Positions 8,533-21,900 of a DNA stretch of 64,000 nucleotides are shown piece after piece. This DNA is from Clostridia bacterium (GTDB taxonomy: Bacteria; Bacillota; Clostridia; Christensenellales; UBA1242). The notes under the pieces were generated by a model. It worked only from the letters and a program-made list of their open reading frames with translations, searched no databases and was not told the DNA's origin. Numbering within the stretch: the stretch's first letter is position 1; each line of letters starts with the position of its first letter. The stretch spans positions 80 to 64,079 of the forward strand of contig JAEDFV010000001.1 of the NCBI GenBank assembly GCA_016297845.1. The letters are read 5' to 3'. Made by a program: the position numbers and the translations under genes.

Positions 8533-11500
8533 TTAATCATTTGCTTCAACAGGCATTGCATTTCTGTATGTTTTAAGTCCTGTTCCAGCAGGAATAAGTT
8601 TTCCAATGATAACATTTTCTTTAAGTCCACGAAGTTTGTCAACTTTGCTCTTAAGAGCGGCATCAGTAAGAACTCTTGATGTTTCTTGGAATGAAGCAGC
8701 AGATAAGAATGATTCAGTTGAAAGAGCAGCCTTTGTGATTCCCAGAAGCATACGTTTTGCTGTTGCAGGAACTCCTCCTTCACTGAGAGCCTTCATATTC
8801 TCTTCTTCATATTTATAAACGTCAACAACCTCGCCAGGAAGAAGATTTGTTGTTCCAGCATCTTCAATTTTAACCTTTTTGAGCATTTGTCTTACGATTA
8901 CTTCGATGTGTTTATCATTAATTTTAACTTCTTGAGAACGATAAACTGAAATAACTTCTGAAACAAGATAGTCTTGAACACCCTTAAGTCCTTTTGTTCT
9001 GAGAAGGTCTGTTGGATTAATTGAGCCTTCCATAAGAGCATCACCTGCTTCAACTTTATCCCCGTTTTTAACTTTAAGATATGCAGGTTTTTTAATTTCA
9101 TAATCCGCTTCTGTCTCAGAATTTCTAACGTTGATAAGGAATGATTTTGGTTCTTCCTTGATGGAAACAGTTCCAGAGATTTCGGTAATTTGAGCTTCAC
9201 CTTTAGGTTTTCTAGCTTCAAAAATTTCTTCAACACGAGGAAGACCTTTTGTGATATCTGAAGCAGCGATAGCACCAGAGAAGTGCTTGTTGTTCATGGT
9301 GAGCTGTGTACCAGGTTCACCAATTGATTGAGCAGCAATAATTCCAACTGCTTCACCAATGTTAACCTTGTCTTTTCCAGCCATATTTCGACCGTAACAT
9401 TTTGCACAAACACCATGCTTACATTTACATGTTAAGAGAGACCTTATCGTTACTTCTTTTATTCCAGCATCAGCAATTTCTTTTGCCTTTTCTTCTGAAA
9501 TCATTGTGTTTTCTGGAACAATAACTTCTTTTGTAACAGGATTAATAACTGCATCAACTGTGAATCTTCCAGCAATTCTATCTTCAATTGGTTCGATAAC
9601 AACGCCATCTGAAATAATAGGTGTAACCTTTATTCCTTTAACTTTTTCGCCTGCACTTTCGAAACAGTCATCTTCTGTAACAACAACGTTATGTGAAATA
9701 TCAACAAGTCTTCTTGTTAAATAACCTGAATCGGCTGTTTTCAAAGCTGTATCAGTCAAACCTTTACGTCCACCACGAGATGAAAGGAAATATTCGATTG
9801 GAGTTAAACCATCACGAAGGTTAGAACGAACTGGAACATCAACTTTTTGTCCAGATGCACCAGACATAATACCTCTCATACCACAAATACTGTTAACTTG
9901 AACGTTCGAACCACGAGCGCCAGAGACAGCCATCATTTTAAGTGGATTGAAGTCACTGAGTTGTGAAATCAAAGCATCTTGAACTTTCTTAGTTGCGTCT
10001 GTCCAAATTCCAATATTTGCATTGATTTTTTCATCTTCTGTAATAAGACCTCTTGCAAGGAATTTGTCATTTTCCAAAACTTTTTTGTTTGCTTCTTCAA
10101 TAATTTCATCTTTTTCTCTTGGAACAATCATATCATAAACGTTAATTGTCATACAGCCAAGAGTAGAATATTTAAATCCAGTTGCTTTAATATTATCAAC
10201 CATTTTTGAAGTTTCAGTTGTGCCAAGGTTTCTGAATGCCATGTCAAGAATTTTACTTAATTCGCCTTTCTTAACAACTTGGTTTACTTCAAGAGCATTG
10301 TAATTTTCACGTTTTGTTCTGTCTATCCACCCAAGGTTTTGTGGAATTGCCATATTGAATATAATTCTACCAACAGTTGTAGTAATTCTATCTGTATATT
10401 TAATTCCATCAACTTCCGTTGACCTTCTAACTTGAATTTGTGCTTGGATATCAAGATTTCCTGTTTGATATGCCATGATTGCTTCATTGCATGAAGAGAA
10501 AATATTATTCTCGCCTTTAGCGCCTGGGCGGATAACTGTCAAATAATAGCAACCAAGAACAATATCTTGCGCTGGGCTACAAATTGGTTTTCCGTCTGAA
10601 GGTTTCAAAATGTTGTTAGATGCCAACATAAGTGTTCTTGCTTCTGTTCTAGCATCAATTGAAAGAGGAACGTGAACAGCCATTTGGTCACCATCGAAAT
10701 CGGCGTTAAATCCAGGACAAACAGATGGGTGAAGTTTAATTGCTCTGCCCTCAACCAAAACTGGCTCAAAAGCTTGAATACCAAGTCTATGAAGTGTTGG
10801 CGCACGATTCAATAAGATTGGGTGATCCTTAATAACTTCATCAAGAACGTCCCAAACAACAGGTTTTTCACGTTCAATCAAACGTTTAGCGCTCTTAATA
10901 TTGTTTGACTGATTCAATTCAACCAAACGTTTAATAATAAATGGTTTGAAAAGTTCAAGGGCCATTTCTTTTGGAAGACCACATTGATACATTTTAAGTT
11001 CAGGTCCAACAACAATAACTGAACGACCTGAATAGTCAACACGTTTTCCAAGCAAGTTTTGACGGAAACGTCCTTGTTTTCCGGTTAACATCGCAGTCAA
11101 AGATTTCAAATCTCTTGCTTTCGCGCCTTGAACAGCTTTTCCGCGTTTTCCGTTTTCAATTAATGCATCAACCGCTTCTTGAAGCATACGTTTTTCGTTT
11201 CTTACAATGACCTCTGGAGCACCAAGTTCCAAAAGTTTTTTAAGACGGTTGTTTCTGTTAATAACTCTTCTATATAAATCGTTTAAGTCAGTTGTTGCAA
11301 AACGTCCACCATCAAGTTGAACCATTGGACGTAGTTCAGGTGGAAGAACAGGTATAACGTCAAGCACCATCCACTCAGGTTTGTTTCCGCTCTTCAAGAA
11401 CGAATCAACTATTTCAAGTTTCTTAATTGCTTTTAATCTCTTTTGTCCTTTTGCAGTTTTCAAAATTTCTTTAAGTTCTTTTTCCTCTTTTTCAAGGTCA

Positions 11501-12048
11501 ACTTCTCTCAAAAGACGTTTAACTGCTTCAGCACCCATTCCAACAACGAAAGAATCTGGGCCATAAGTTTCAAGCGCTTCACGATATTCTTTATCTGAAA
11601 TCACTTGTTTGTATGCAAATGGAGTGCCTTTTGGGTCAAGCACAATGTAACTTACATAGTAGACAACTTGCTCCAAAAGTTTTGGAGTTATGTCCAAAAT
11701 TGTTCCAATTCTTGATGGAACAGAGCGAAAGAACCAAATATGAGTAACAGGGGCAGCAAGTTCAATGTGTCCCATTCTTTCTCTTCTTACTTTTGAACTA
11801 GTAACTTCAACACCACATTTGTCGCAAACAACGCCTTTGTAACGAATACGTTTGTATTTTCCGCAGTGACATTCCCAGTCTTTTTTTGGTCCAAAAATAC
11901 GTTCGCAAAAAAGACCATCTTTTTCTGGCTTTTGAGTTCTGTAGTTGATGGTTTCAGGTTTAGTTACTTCTCCGTGTGACCATTCTCTTATTTTTTCTGG
12001 TGAAGCGATTCCAATTTTAATGGAATCAAAATTTGTTAACTCAAACAT
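8533..12048 (-). CDS. rpoC: DNA-directed RNA polymerase subunit beta prime, 1171 aa
   Basis: Zn-ribbon [23 protein letters not shown], catalytic [14 protein letters not shown], and a trigger-loop region. It lies immediately downstream of rpoB. Confidence 0.98.
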   Translation of the reverse strand: MFELTNFDSIKIGIASPEKIREWSHGEVTKPETINYRTQKPEKDGLFCERIFGPKKDWECHCGKYKRIRYKGVVCDKCGVEVTSSKVRRERMGHIELAAPVTHIWFFRSVPSRIGTILDITPKLLEQVVYYVSYIVLDPKGTPFAYKQVISDKEYREALETYGPDSFVVGMGAEAVKRLLREVDLEKEEKELKEILKTAKGQKRLKAIKKLEIVDSFLKSGNKPEWMVLDVIPVLPPELRPMVQLDGGRFATTDLNDLYRRVINRNNRLKKLLELGAPEVIVRNEKRMLQEAVDALIENGKRGKAVQGAKARDLKSLTAMLTGKQGRFRQNLLGKRVDYSGRSVIVVGPELKMYQCGLPKEMALELFKPFIIKRLVELNQSNNIKSAKRLIEREKPVVWDVLDEVIKDHPILLNRAPTLHRLGIQAFEPVLVEGRAIKLHPSVCPGFNADFDGDQMAVHVPLSIDARTEARTLMLASNNILKPSDGKPICSPAQDIVLGCYYLTVIRPGAKGENNIFSSCNEAIMAYQTGNLDIQAQIQVRRSTEVDGIKYTDRITTTVGRIIFNMAIPQNLGWIDRTKRENYNALEVNQVVKKGELSKILDMAFRNLGTTETSKMVDNIKATGFKYSTLGCMTINVYDMIVPREKDEIIEEANKKVLENDKFLARGLITEDEKINANIGIWTDATKKVQDALISQLSDFNPLKMMAVSGARGSNVQVNSICGMRGIMSGASGQKVDVPVRSNLRDGLTPIEYFLSSRGGRKGLTDTALKTADSGYLTRRLVDISHNVVVTEDDCFESAGEKVKGIKVTPIISDGVVIEPIEDRIAGRFTVDAVINPVTKEVIVPENTMISEEKAKEIADAGIKEVTIRSLLTCKCKHGVCAKCYGRNMAGKDKVNIGEAVGIIAAQSIGEPGTQLTMNNKHFSGAIAASDITKGLPRVEEIFEARKPKGEAQITEISGTVSIKEEPKSFLINVRNSETEADYEIKKPAYLKVKNGDKVEAGDALMEGSINPTDLLRTKGLKGVQDYLVSEVISVYRSQEVKINDKHIEVIVRQMLKKVKIEDAGTTNLLPGEVVDVYKYEEENMKALSEGGVPATAKRMLLGITKAALSTESFLSAASFQETSRVLTDAALKSKVDKLRGLKENVIIGKLIPAGTGLKTYRNAMPVEAND

Positions 12049-12078
12049 TGTTCTTTTTCTCCTAAATTAACTATACAA

Positions 12079-15000
12079 TTATTCATTATCGTCCAAATCT
12101 TCTAATAAATCACTTGCATCAAATGCAGTTGTTTCTTTCTCAATTTCATTTAACAAATCTACAGTTGCATCTTCTTTATTATCAAAATCAAGATTTATTT
12201 CTTTCAATTCTTCTTCAACTTCTTTTGTCAAAGGTGAGATATCATCTTGAGTAATTTCACCAATAGAAATTTCTTGTTCATTTTCAGTTAAGATTTTGAT
12301 GTCCAAACCGAGTGCTTGAAGTTCCTTAACAAGAACTTTAAATGATTCAGGAATTCCTGGTTCAGCAATAGGTTGTCCTTTAACAATAGCTTCATACGTT
12401 TTAACTCTGCCGACAACATCATCAGATTTTACAGTTAAAATTTCTTGAAGAACATTAGACGCACCATAAGCTTCCAAAGCCCAAACTTCCATTTCACCAA
12501 ATCTTTGACCACCAAACATAGCTTTACCGCCAAGAGGTTGTTGTGTAACAAGTGAATATGGTCCAATTGAACGCGCATGCATTTTACTGTCAACCATGTG
12601 GTCAAGTTTTAACATATACTTATAGCCAACTGTTGCAGGGTTGTCGAATGCTTCACCTGTTCTTCCATCGTAAAGTTGGATTTTTCCGTTTGCTGGGAAA
12701 TTGTTTTCAACTAACAATTTTTGAATATCGTCTGCAGTTGCTCCATCAAACACTGGAGTTGCAACTTTCCAACCCAAACTTTGGGCAACAAGTCCAAGAT
12801 GAACTTCCAAAACTTGTCCAACGTTCATACGTGAAGGAATACCAAGAGGATTCAAAACAATATCCAAAGGTTGACCATTTGCCATATAAGGCATGTCACA
12901 AACTGGAAGAATTCTAGAAACAACACCCTTGTTACCATGACGTCCAGCCATCTTGTCTCCGACTGAAAGTTTACGTCTTTGTGCGACATAAACTTTGACC
13001 ATCATATTAACACCTGGTTCAAGTTCGTCTTTGTTTTTGCGTGAGAATATTTGTACATCTACAACAACACCACCGCGTCCATGTTGAACACGAAGAGATG
13101 TGTCGCGAACTTCTCTTGCTTTTTCGCCGAAAATTGCACGAAGAAGTCTTTCTTCTGGTGTCAATTCTGTTTCACCTTTTGGTGTGACTTTTCCAACCAA
13201 AATATCTCCTGGAACAACTTCTGCACCAATTCTAACAATTCCGTTTTCATCGAGATTTTTCAGTGCTTCTTCGCCAAGGTTAGGAATATCTCTTGTGATT
13301 TCTTCATCACCAAGTTTGGTTGTTCTACATTTAATTTCTTCTGCTTTTAAAGTAATTGAAGTATAAATGTCTTCTTTAACCATTCTTTCGCTGACAAGGA
13401 TAGCATCTTCATAGTTGTATCCTTCCCAGTTCATGTACCCAACGAGAACGTTCTTTCCGAGTGCTAGTTCTCCGTTTTGTGTTGAATACCCATCAGCCAA
13501 AATATCCCCTGCTTTAATCTTTTCACCATGTTTTACAAGTGGTTTTTGATTTATGCAAGTATCTTGGTTTGTCTTTTGGAATTTAATTAAATCGTAGACA
13601 TCTTCTCCGTCTTCCGTTTTAACTTTAATTTGTGCGGAACTAACATAAGAAACTACACCTGGATTTTTAGCAATTACCATTGCTCCACAATCATAAGCAA
13701 TTTTTGCTTCCATACCAGTTCCAACAATTGGTGATTCTGGACGCAAAACTGGAACAGCCTGACGTTGCATGTTCGCACCCATAAGAGCACGCATACTATC
13801 ATCACTGTTAAGGAAAGGAATCAATGCTGTTGCAGCTGAAATGAATTGTCTAGGAGAAACATCAACATAATCAACCATGCTTCTTGGAACTTCAACAATC
13901 GCATTTTTATAACGACAAACAATTCTATCATTCAAGAATCTTCCGTCTTCTGTTAATGGTTCAATTGATTGAGCGATGTAATAGTTATCTTCAACATCAG
14001 CCATTTTATATTCGCTGACTTTTGAAACAATTCCTGTTTTCTTGTCAACTTTTCTATATGGAGTTTCAAGGAATCCGTATTCATTAATTTTTGCATATGA
14101 AGCAAGAGTGCTTATAAGACCGATGCTTTGTCCTTCTGGTGTTTCAATAACACATATTCTACCAAAATGTGTGTAATGTATATCACGAACTTCATCAGTT
14201 GCTCTTTCTTTTTTGATACCACCAGGGCCAACAGCTGAAACTCTTCTCTTTTGAGTTAAAGATGAAAGAGGGTTTGCTTGGTCCATAAGTTGTGACAATT
14301 GTGATGAAGCAATGAAATCTTTTAATGCTTTGTTTACAGGGCGTGGATTGATAATTTGTGAAGGTGTAACTTCGCTTAAATCTTTTCCTTGCAAACTTTC
14401 TTTCATACTTGTGCAAAGTTTGTTTACACCAGTACGGAAAGCATTTTTCATAAGTTCGCCAACAGATTGAATTCTTCTGTTTGAAAGGTGGTCAATGTTG
14501 TCAAATTCACCTATTCCTGCCAAAATATCTAAGTAATAGCTTATACTTGCAAGAATGTCATCTATTGTCAAAGTTGTAATCAAAAGTTCTTTCGCATTTT
14601 CTTTGATTGCTTTCAAACGTTTTTCTTTTGTTTTGTTATCTTTAAGAATTTGTGCAAGTGTTGGATAATAAACCTCTTCCAAAATTCCCAATTCTTCTTC
14701 ATCGCAAGGGAAAACATTTGAAAGTTTAACACGATTGTTTCCTCTTATAAGATGTCTTTCACCTTTGAGCAAAATCCAAACTTCGTTTATTCCGCTGTCT
14801 TGGATTCTTCTTGCAACATCAGCAGTAATTATGTCTCCTGCTTTTACGACAACTTCGTCTTCGATAACGATGTTATCAGCTGAAACTTTTCCTGTTATTC
14901 TTGTCGCAATTGAAAGTTTTTTATTGAATTTATATCTTCCAACTCTGCTTAAATTATAATATTGGTCAGAGAAGAAGAAAAGATTTAAATAACTTCTTGT

Positions 15001-15753
15001 TGATTCAGCAGAAGGAACTTCAGTTGGTCTTGTCTTTCTACTAAATTCTATAAGAGCTTCTTCTTGAGTTGTTTGTGGCTCTTTGTCCAAAACATTTTTA
15101 ACATATTTGTTATTTCCAAAAAGTTTCAAGATTTCTTCGTTGGTATATCCAAAACATTTGAGGAAAACGCCAAGAGTAACTTTACTTCCTCTATCGATGA
15201 TAACTTTAATTACATCATTTGCTGCTTGTTCAAATTCAAGCCACATTCCTCTTGTTGGAATCATTTGACCTTTGGCTGTTGAAAGGTCGTTTGGTGTATC
15301 TTCTGTGAAATAAACACTTGGAGAACGAACAATTTGTGAAACAACAACCCTTTCAATTCCATTAAAGATGAAAGAACCTTCCTCTGTCATTAGAGGAATA
15401 TCTCCCATGAAAACTTCTTGTTCAATTCCATTAGGATTGTCTTCTGTAACAAACTTTGCTTTTACTTTCAAAGGAGTTGTATATGAAGAGCCTCTGCGCT
15501 TACACTCACTTCTTGAAAATTTGCATTTTTTGTCAATCGAAGAAGAAAGGAAATATAATTTTCCTTTTCCGCTGTAATCAACAACTGGCGAAAACTCTTC
15601 CAAGATTTCGTCAATTCCTGTATCCAAGAATTTTTTATATGTGTCCCTTTGGATTTCAAGCAAATTTGGAGTTGGACAATATTCTTCAAGTTTCCCAAAA
15701 GTATATCTTTCTCCTCTTCCACTTTTGATTTTTTTAACCATTGTTTCCATCAT
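12079..15753 (-). CDS. rpoB: DNA-directed RNA polymerase subunit beta, 1224 aa
   Basis: Conserved beta-subunit blocks ([24 protein letters not shown] rifampicin cluster, [32 protein letters not shown]) and an acidic C-terminal tail. SD AAGGAG lies 5 nt upstream of the ATG. Confidence 0.98.
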   Translation of the reverse strand: MMETMVKKIKSGRGERYTFGKLEEYCPTPNLLEIQRDTYKKFLDTGIDEILEEFSPVVDYSGKGKLYFLSSSIDKKCKFSRSECKRRGSSYTTPLKVKAKFVTEDNPNGIEQEVFMGDIPLMTEEGSFIFNGIERVVVSQIVRSPSVYFTEDTPNDLSTAKGQMIPTRGMWLEFEQAANDVIKVIIDRGSKVTLGVFLKCFGYTNEEILKLFGNNKYVKNVLDKEPQTTQEEALIEFSRKTRPTEVPSAESTRSYLNLFFFSDQYYNLSRVGRYKFNKKLSIATRITGKVSADNIVIEDEVVVKAGDIITADVARRIQDSGINEVWILLKGERHLIRGNNRVKLSNVFPCDEEELGILEEVYYPTLAQILKDNKTKEKRLKAIKENAKELLITTLTIDDILASISYYLDILAGIGEFDNIDHLSNRRIQSVGELMKNAFRTGVNKLCTSMKESLQGKDLSEVTPSQIINPRPVNKALKDFIASSQLSQLMDQANPLSSLTQKRRVSAVGPGGIKKERATDEVRDIHYTHFGRICVIETPEGQSIGLISTLASYAKINEYGFLETPYRKVDKKTGIVSKVSEYKMADVEDNYYIAQSIEPLTEDGRFLNDRIVCRYKNAIVEVPRSMVDYVDVSPRQFISAATALIPFLNSDDSMRALMGANMQRQAVPVLRPESPIVGTGMEAKIAYDCGAMVIAKNPGVVSYVSSAQIKVKTEDGEDVYDLIKFQKTNQDTCINQKPLVKHGEKIKAGDILADGYSTQNGELALGKNVLVGYMNWEGYNYEDAILVSERMVKEDIYTSITLKAEEIKCRTTKLGDEEITRDIPNLGEEALKNLDENGIVRIGAEVVPGDILVGKVTPKGETELTPEERLLRAIFGEKAREVRDTSLRVQHGRGGVVVDVQIFSRKNKDELEPGVNMMVKVYVAQRRKLSVGDKMAGRHGNKGVVSRILPVCDMPYMANGQPLDIVLNPLGIPSRMNVGQVLEVHLGLVAQSLGWKVATPVFDGATADDIQKLLVENNFPANGKIQLYDGRTGEAFDNPATVGYKYMLKLDHMVDSKMHARSIGPYSLVTQQPLGGKAMFGGQRFGEMEVWALEAYGASNVLQEILTVKSDDVVGRVKTYEAIVKGQPIAEPGIPESFKVLVKELQALGLDIKILTENEQEISIGEITQDDISPLTKEVEEELKEINLDFDNKEDATVDLLNEIEKETTAFDASDLLEDLDDNE

Positions 15754-15770
15754 AACTTCTCCTTACAAGC

Positions 15771-15805
15771 AAAAAAAAGAGTGGCAAAAATAGCACATTT
15801 TTGCC
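15771..15805 (-). promoter_or_regulatory. terminator-like hairpin inside the rpoB 5' leader (possible attenuator)
   Basis: Minus strand: GGCAAAAA-tgtgcta-TTTTTGCC (15805..15783), then ACTC and U8 (15778..15771). It is downstream of the predicted rpoB promoter and upstream of the SD. Confidence 0.35.
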
Positions 15806-15870
15806 TTTTCTCTATATGTTTTAACTAAAAAATGCCCAATATTTGTCCACTTTAGCCTATACAATTTAGG

Positions 15871-15899
15871 ATTTTATCATTATTTTATATTTGTGTCAA
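15871..15899 (-). promoter_or_regulatory. sigma-A promoter for rpoB-rpoC
   Basis: Minus strand: TTGACA (15899..15894), 17 nt, TAAAAT (15876..15871). It shares the core GTTGACACAAAT with the tRNA-Pro promoter. Confidence 0.6.
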
Positions 15900-15950
15900 C
15901 AACTTTTTAACAAATTTTTAAAATAATTGTCAAAAACTGAATGTTATTTC

Positions 15951-15979
15951 AGCAAAAAATAAAAGGCTATAAAAGCCTT
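15951..15979 (-). terminator. intrinsic terminator of the giant-gene operon
   Basis: Immediately after the TAG stop (15982..15980): hairpin AAGGCT-TTTAT-AGCCTT (15979..15963), followed by TTTTATTTTTT. Confidence 0.7.
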
Positions 15980-18900
15980 CTATTTTGGTCTTTTTTCACC
16001 ATTTAAAGTGTATTTTGCTGAAAGAGGAATGTAGATAGTTTCGTTATCACTGGAAATTTTGTAGATATCTAAACTTGCGTCAGACAATAAACCCTTTTTA
16101 TACGTTGTTTTGTATTCATAAATTCCAATTCCATACCAAACTTGAAGCGATTCTGAAATTGAATAATTATTTATAACTATCTTTGTTAAATAACTTCCGT
16201 CACTAAGTTTTTGTTGGATATCATCTTTAAATGCGCTAGTCAAAATAATATTAATTGTTTTAGTTAGTTCACTATTAACACCAGAATCAGGAGACACGAC
16301 TTTACAATTTATCATATCCTCAACATAACCAGAAATATAGCCCACAACAGTTCCAACACTTGTTATAACTTCTGATGATGTTGAAGTTATTGCTCCACTA
16401 TGGAATGAATCAATAATTGAAATTTTGTAAGAACTTGAGTCAAGATTTTTAATTTGACCGACTAAGCCACCTATTTTATTTCCGCCAATTATCTCGCCAA
16501 TTATTATAACATTTTCAATTCTTCCTGCGCTCATAAGTCCAACTGCTCCACCTAATGCACCAACATCAATTTTTGCTTTAAGTTTAGTATTAACATAAAC
16601 ATTTTTAATTGTACCGTTAGACATATAGCCAGCAATATTACCTATCGCATTTGGAGAGAAATTTTCAGAACCAAAGAATCCGAGATAAGCACTTCCATCA
16701 TCACCAACTATTTTGACATCTTCAATAGTTCCAAGGTTGTGGCCAGCAACAACTCCGCCATAGACGTCAGCTTTAACTTTTTGACCTTGTGCACCAATTG
16801 CTTCCAAATTTTGAACTATTACGTTTTTGCCAATATACCCAAACATGAGTCCAGCATTTTCAGCCGCTGAAACATTGTTTCCATAGACAGAAGCAAAAAC
16901 AACTCTTCCATAACCATTTACTATTCCAGCAATCATGCCAGCATAAGAAACTTGATTTGAATTTCCGTTCAAATATTCTCTAATTGGGTGATTATTCAAA
17001 CTGGCCCTATATGAAGCATTAACTGAAATGCTAGAAATAATATTGTTGAAATTAAATTCACCCTCTGCAACTCCACAGATGCCACCAACAGCATTCTTTC
17101 CAAGAACGGTTACACCTTCAAGTTCAACTGCATAAGTTGCACCATCAATAACAATATTGACAAGAGTTGCACCATAGACTGTTCCAGCAACAGCTCCGAC
17201 ATTGTTACAGTTTGCCAAGCTTATATATCGTGGAGCAAAAGTTAAATTCTTTATGCTTCCGACTTTTTGGCTTGCAAGTCCAATCGTTCCAAAGAATCCA
17301 GCGTTGTCAAGTTTTGCCCCGCTGTCCAAAACATAGTTTCCAATTGTATATCCATTTCCTTCTAGATTTCCAAGGAATGTATATTGATAAAGACCACTGG
17401 AAACTGTTGATGTTTCATAGATTATATCTCCGATAAGTCTACAATATAGGTCTTTTATGATAACGCCCGAAGTGAATCCAGAACTTGAACTAATTAAAAA
17501 TTCCAAATCATCTTGAGAAGAAATTATATAAGGATTAAACTTACTTCCTTCAGGATTCTTTTCTTCATCTTCATAAATATATGTTGTTGTTTCTGTTGCT
17601 GAATCGAAGTATGTATCAACAAGTTTTTTATGTCCATAGGTCAAAATGTTTGGTGATACAAGTTGTGGTGCTTTTGTACTAAAAGTCAAGTATTCACCCT
17701 TTTCATTGCAGAAATCAACTTCGCCCAAACTTCCGTTTGCCCAGAACCAAACTCCTTCAGTTTTATCTGCAGTATTTGAGAATGCGTATTTTTCAAATTT
17801 ATCACTGTCTGAGAAATCATTTTCGGTTTGCAAAATTTCAAGTCCTTCAACTCCTTTGTTGCTCCCAAGACCCTTATTAAAGTTGCCACTTTCTAGTGCA
17901 AAACATGCTTCAAGTTCGCCAGAATTCAAAATTGAATTTTCAGAAATACCTGTCAAAATTCCAATGAACACGCCATTTTTTGCAGAACTTTCAAGAGCTG
18001 AAGTTGAATAGCAATGGGTAATTTTTCCTTCAGATTGGTTATTAAACACGAATCCACTTGCACTTTCGTTTGTTTTCACAGGTATATTTGAATAACAATT
18101 CGAAATTTCACCATAATTTTCATAGACAAACGCACCAGCACTTGCAGTCGAATAAATTATGTTTACTCCAGCAACTTCGTCTGGGAACATATCAGCGTCA
18201 GTATATCCTGAAGTTATGTAGGTTGTAAAAATTGTTCCACCAAGTTGGTTAACACCAACAACTCCCCCAGTAATTGCTGAGACAGAACCAGCAGTGTTGT
18301 TTTCAATTCTTGCCTTTACATAACTTGATGCAATACTACCACTTCCGCCATTAATTGCAGTTATTCCACCAAGGTTTGCTGGAAGATAACCAGATGTTGA
18401 CAAATTTGTTGCGTTAAGTGACAAGCCTGTTTCAATATGGCTGTTTGTTATATCACCATTGTTGATGCCAACAAGTCCACCAACCTGGTTTCCAACTTCA
18501 GTTGAATCTGGAATTCCAAACAAATTCAAATTCATAATTGCATATTGCTCGCCTTGAACTGAGCAGTTTGTTATTTTTCCATTATTTTCTCCAACTAAAA
18601 GTCCAAAAGTTACGCTTGTGTAATCATAGAAATTAAAGTTTGTGTTTTCGTTTACAAAAATTACAATATTTTGCAAAAGAGTGTTTTGTGCAGTTATCTT
18701 AAATAACCCAAATTTTATAGATTTTGTCTCTTCCGATTTCAAACTATATTCCCTTGGAAGAGTAATTTTGTAATTATTTCCATTAAATCCACCAATCAAT
18801 GTTTCAATTGGAGTAAAATCATCTGGCAAGGGTATATCATTCATAAGAATGTAATAATTTCCTTCTCTCATGTCTAACATATCTTCGTAAGAATAAATAG

Positions 18901-21900
18901 GATAAGGATTTCTTAGACTAGTTTTTTCCGAAATATCAAACGTGAAAATTTGAGAAAGAGTATATAAATTTTTTCCAATAACATCTTCGGTGTAAAGCGA
19001 CGGAATTCCATTATCATTATAATAGAATTTTGCAGAGAATTTTATTTCCAAGTCTGGCGCCGAAGGGGTATGAACTTTCATAAACTTTATGACAATTTTC
19101 TTTGTCGTTTCATTATATGAAATTTTAAATCCACCTTTAGAGGTTGTGTAGACTTTTGTGTTTCCAACACCATCTTTAAAATTCTTATTTCCAATAATTG
19201 TGTTCCATGTTCCTGTTGATTCCCTAAATGACCATACCAATTCCGTTTCATTTCCGACTGAAAGGTCAGAGAGGAATTTTAAAACATTATTACGAATTGT
19301 TTCATTTGATTTGTTATATATCAAAATGTCTGAATTAAGAGAAATTTCAAAAGTATACGAATTTCCTATCGCTGAAGCATAAATATTGTTAAAAACGTTT
19401 GAAACAATGTCGCTTAGGTTATTTTCTTTTACAACAAATTGTTCAAGTTCAATATACAAGATTGCTTCTTGGCTTTTCTCGCCATCAATATCAAGACCAT
19501 AAGACTTTATCATAAGGGTGCGTTCGCCACTTGGCAATGCATCTTTTATGACAAGTTTATATGTTCCATCATCATTTTTAACTATTGAAACAAATCCAGA
19601 AGCATTTCCTGAAAGTTCGAAGCAAACTTGACCATCTGTTATAATTGATCCTGATGTAGTAAAAGTCCCAAAAGTGAAACCTTTTACATCAACATCTAGG
19701 TCATATGAAACTCCTTGAGCGAGTTTAACAGGATTGTTCTCGTTATTTCCGCTTGAAACACCATCAACCGTCAATATAACTCCTGGCAACCTCTCAACAA
19801 AGAAATTCAACAAAACTTCGTCGCCAATTTGATTTCCATTTTCGTCGCGGAAAATAACTTTTAAAGCAACCTGAGAGTTATCGCTCATTCGTTGGTCAGC
19901 AAACGCTCTCACATAAAATTTTCCGTTTTGTATCAAACTTTTTGGAATGCTAATTCCATTAGAAATTCTTTTTGCCCCGCTAAGTGGAGCGTCAAGAACT
20001 CTGTCAAAAAGGTCAAAGGCAAGGTCATATTCATTCCCTTCAACATTGACTATTTCAACTGTTTTAAAGTATGTGAAATATGGAGTTATACTCAATTCAA
20101 GAAGAGAATGTTGTCCAGGGATAATAACTCCACTTGGGATATAGGAAAATCTGCCACTGAAATTATATTTCTCTTCATCTTTCGAAATAGTTGGGAACAA
20201 ATTTGTATAAACTGAAATTACACTTTGAGGTTGATAGGTTATTGTCATGCTTGACGAAACACCATTTGATGCCGTAATTGTTATTTTGAAAGTTTTTGCA
20301 GAAGAAATAGTTTTTCCATTTTCGTCAAGTTTGAATTTAATCGTAAAATTGCTATTAACTTTACAATTTATATGGAAACTGAGAGTGTCTCCATAACTTT
20401 CTCCTGATTTGTTAGTAAGTGAATCTTCACCACATTGAACAATTAATTCCAAGTATAATGTGCCTGGGTCAACGAGAATATTTCCGTTTTCATCAAGTTC
20501 CTTGATTGAAATTGTTACCTCTTCATTTTCATTAATTGAATCAAGAGAAACATTCATGTCGGTCACATAATATGGCTCAGTTTCTATTTTATTTTTTGAA
20601 ATATTAATTCCTTTTGTTGTGTTTTCGAAAACAAATTTACTATTAATTTCTTTTTTAGATTTTTCGTCAACTTCCAAATCTAAAATTTTAAAATACGTTT
20701 TTCCATCTTCGCCAACAAATTCAATATAAGGTAAAATTGTTACATTATACTCACCCGTATTTCCATTAACACTTATTTGATATGTTTCAGGGTCATTTTG
20801 AACAAGTTTAAGTGCCAAATCTAAGATTTCTTCTCCAGGCTTAATATATTTTGTTTCTCCACCAACTACAATTTTGAAAAGCATTTTTATATCAGTTGGT
20901 ATATCAAAATTCTTTAAGTTGTATTTATCTAATAATGACAAATATAATATTTTACTTAATTCTGCATCGAAAACAACTGTGGAATCATTTTCAATTTCAG
21001 TCGCTTTCGTGCTGTCGAGATAAACAGAAATATTATTGGCAAAGGAAATCACCTTAACATAAATTTCTTGTGAACCAGTTACATATGGAGAAGAAACAAT
21101 TAGTTTTGTTTCACCAATTGATTTTGGAACTAATTTTCCATTTGAAATTGCTAAAATTTCATTATTTGAAGATTCAATCAAATATCTATTTCCAAGAGAA
21201 GTCGTTAACATTGAAGAAATTTGTTTTTCAATATAATCTCCATTTTTGTCATGCAAGAATATATAGAATGCAACCTTGCCATCAAGTGAAGATGATGATA
21301 ATTCGAATTTTTCACCTTCTTCAGTAAGCATCATGTTTATAGTTGCCGTTGGAAGGAAAATAAATCCAAAACCTTCAACTTCTTTTATTTCAGTTTTAAG
21401 TTTATTTTCAGCAACACCATATGATTTTGTTGGATTGTTGTCACCTTTTTTATATATTGCATAATTACGTTCAGTATCAGTAATTTCAAATTGACTTACG
21501 CCATTTCCATCGGCAATTGCAACAACATAGTCAATTGTTCCGCCTGTTTTTGCGCCAACAATAAAGCCATATTTATTCGAAGAGCTAATATCAACTGCAT
21601 TTGTGTCGCTCAAATATGAAATGAACGAAGAACTTCCCAAACTTCCGCCTGTCATGTTTCCAACAATTCCGCCAACGTTGTTATTTCCAGAAATAAGCGT
21701 GACACCAGATTTCTTTTCCAAACTTTCCACAATCATTCCAGATATAGTTCCAGAGTTTGTTCCAACAGCGCCACCAACATTGTCATGCCCAACAACAACT
21801 GCTTGGGAAAGACAATTTTCAATTGTGCCACTGTTGTTTCCAACAACTCCGCCAACGTTGTCAAAGTTAGAAGCAGTTATCGTTCCAACACTTTCAAGAT

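Noticed and set aside
8397-8783. A 128-aa minus-strand ORF spanning the rpoC 3' end, its terminator and the miaB start. Related cases are the N-terminal extensions of the track ORFs for miaB (8497), ttcA (44806), the 155-aa ORF (45710), gyrB (46303), valS (54914), GT4 (54977) and 59645.
   Set aside because: The extensions start at TTG or GTG codons or run across promoters and terminators. Conserved protein N-termini with an SD (or a -10 box) occur at internal ATGs, and those were used for the calls.
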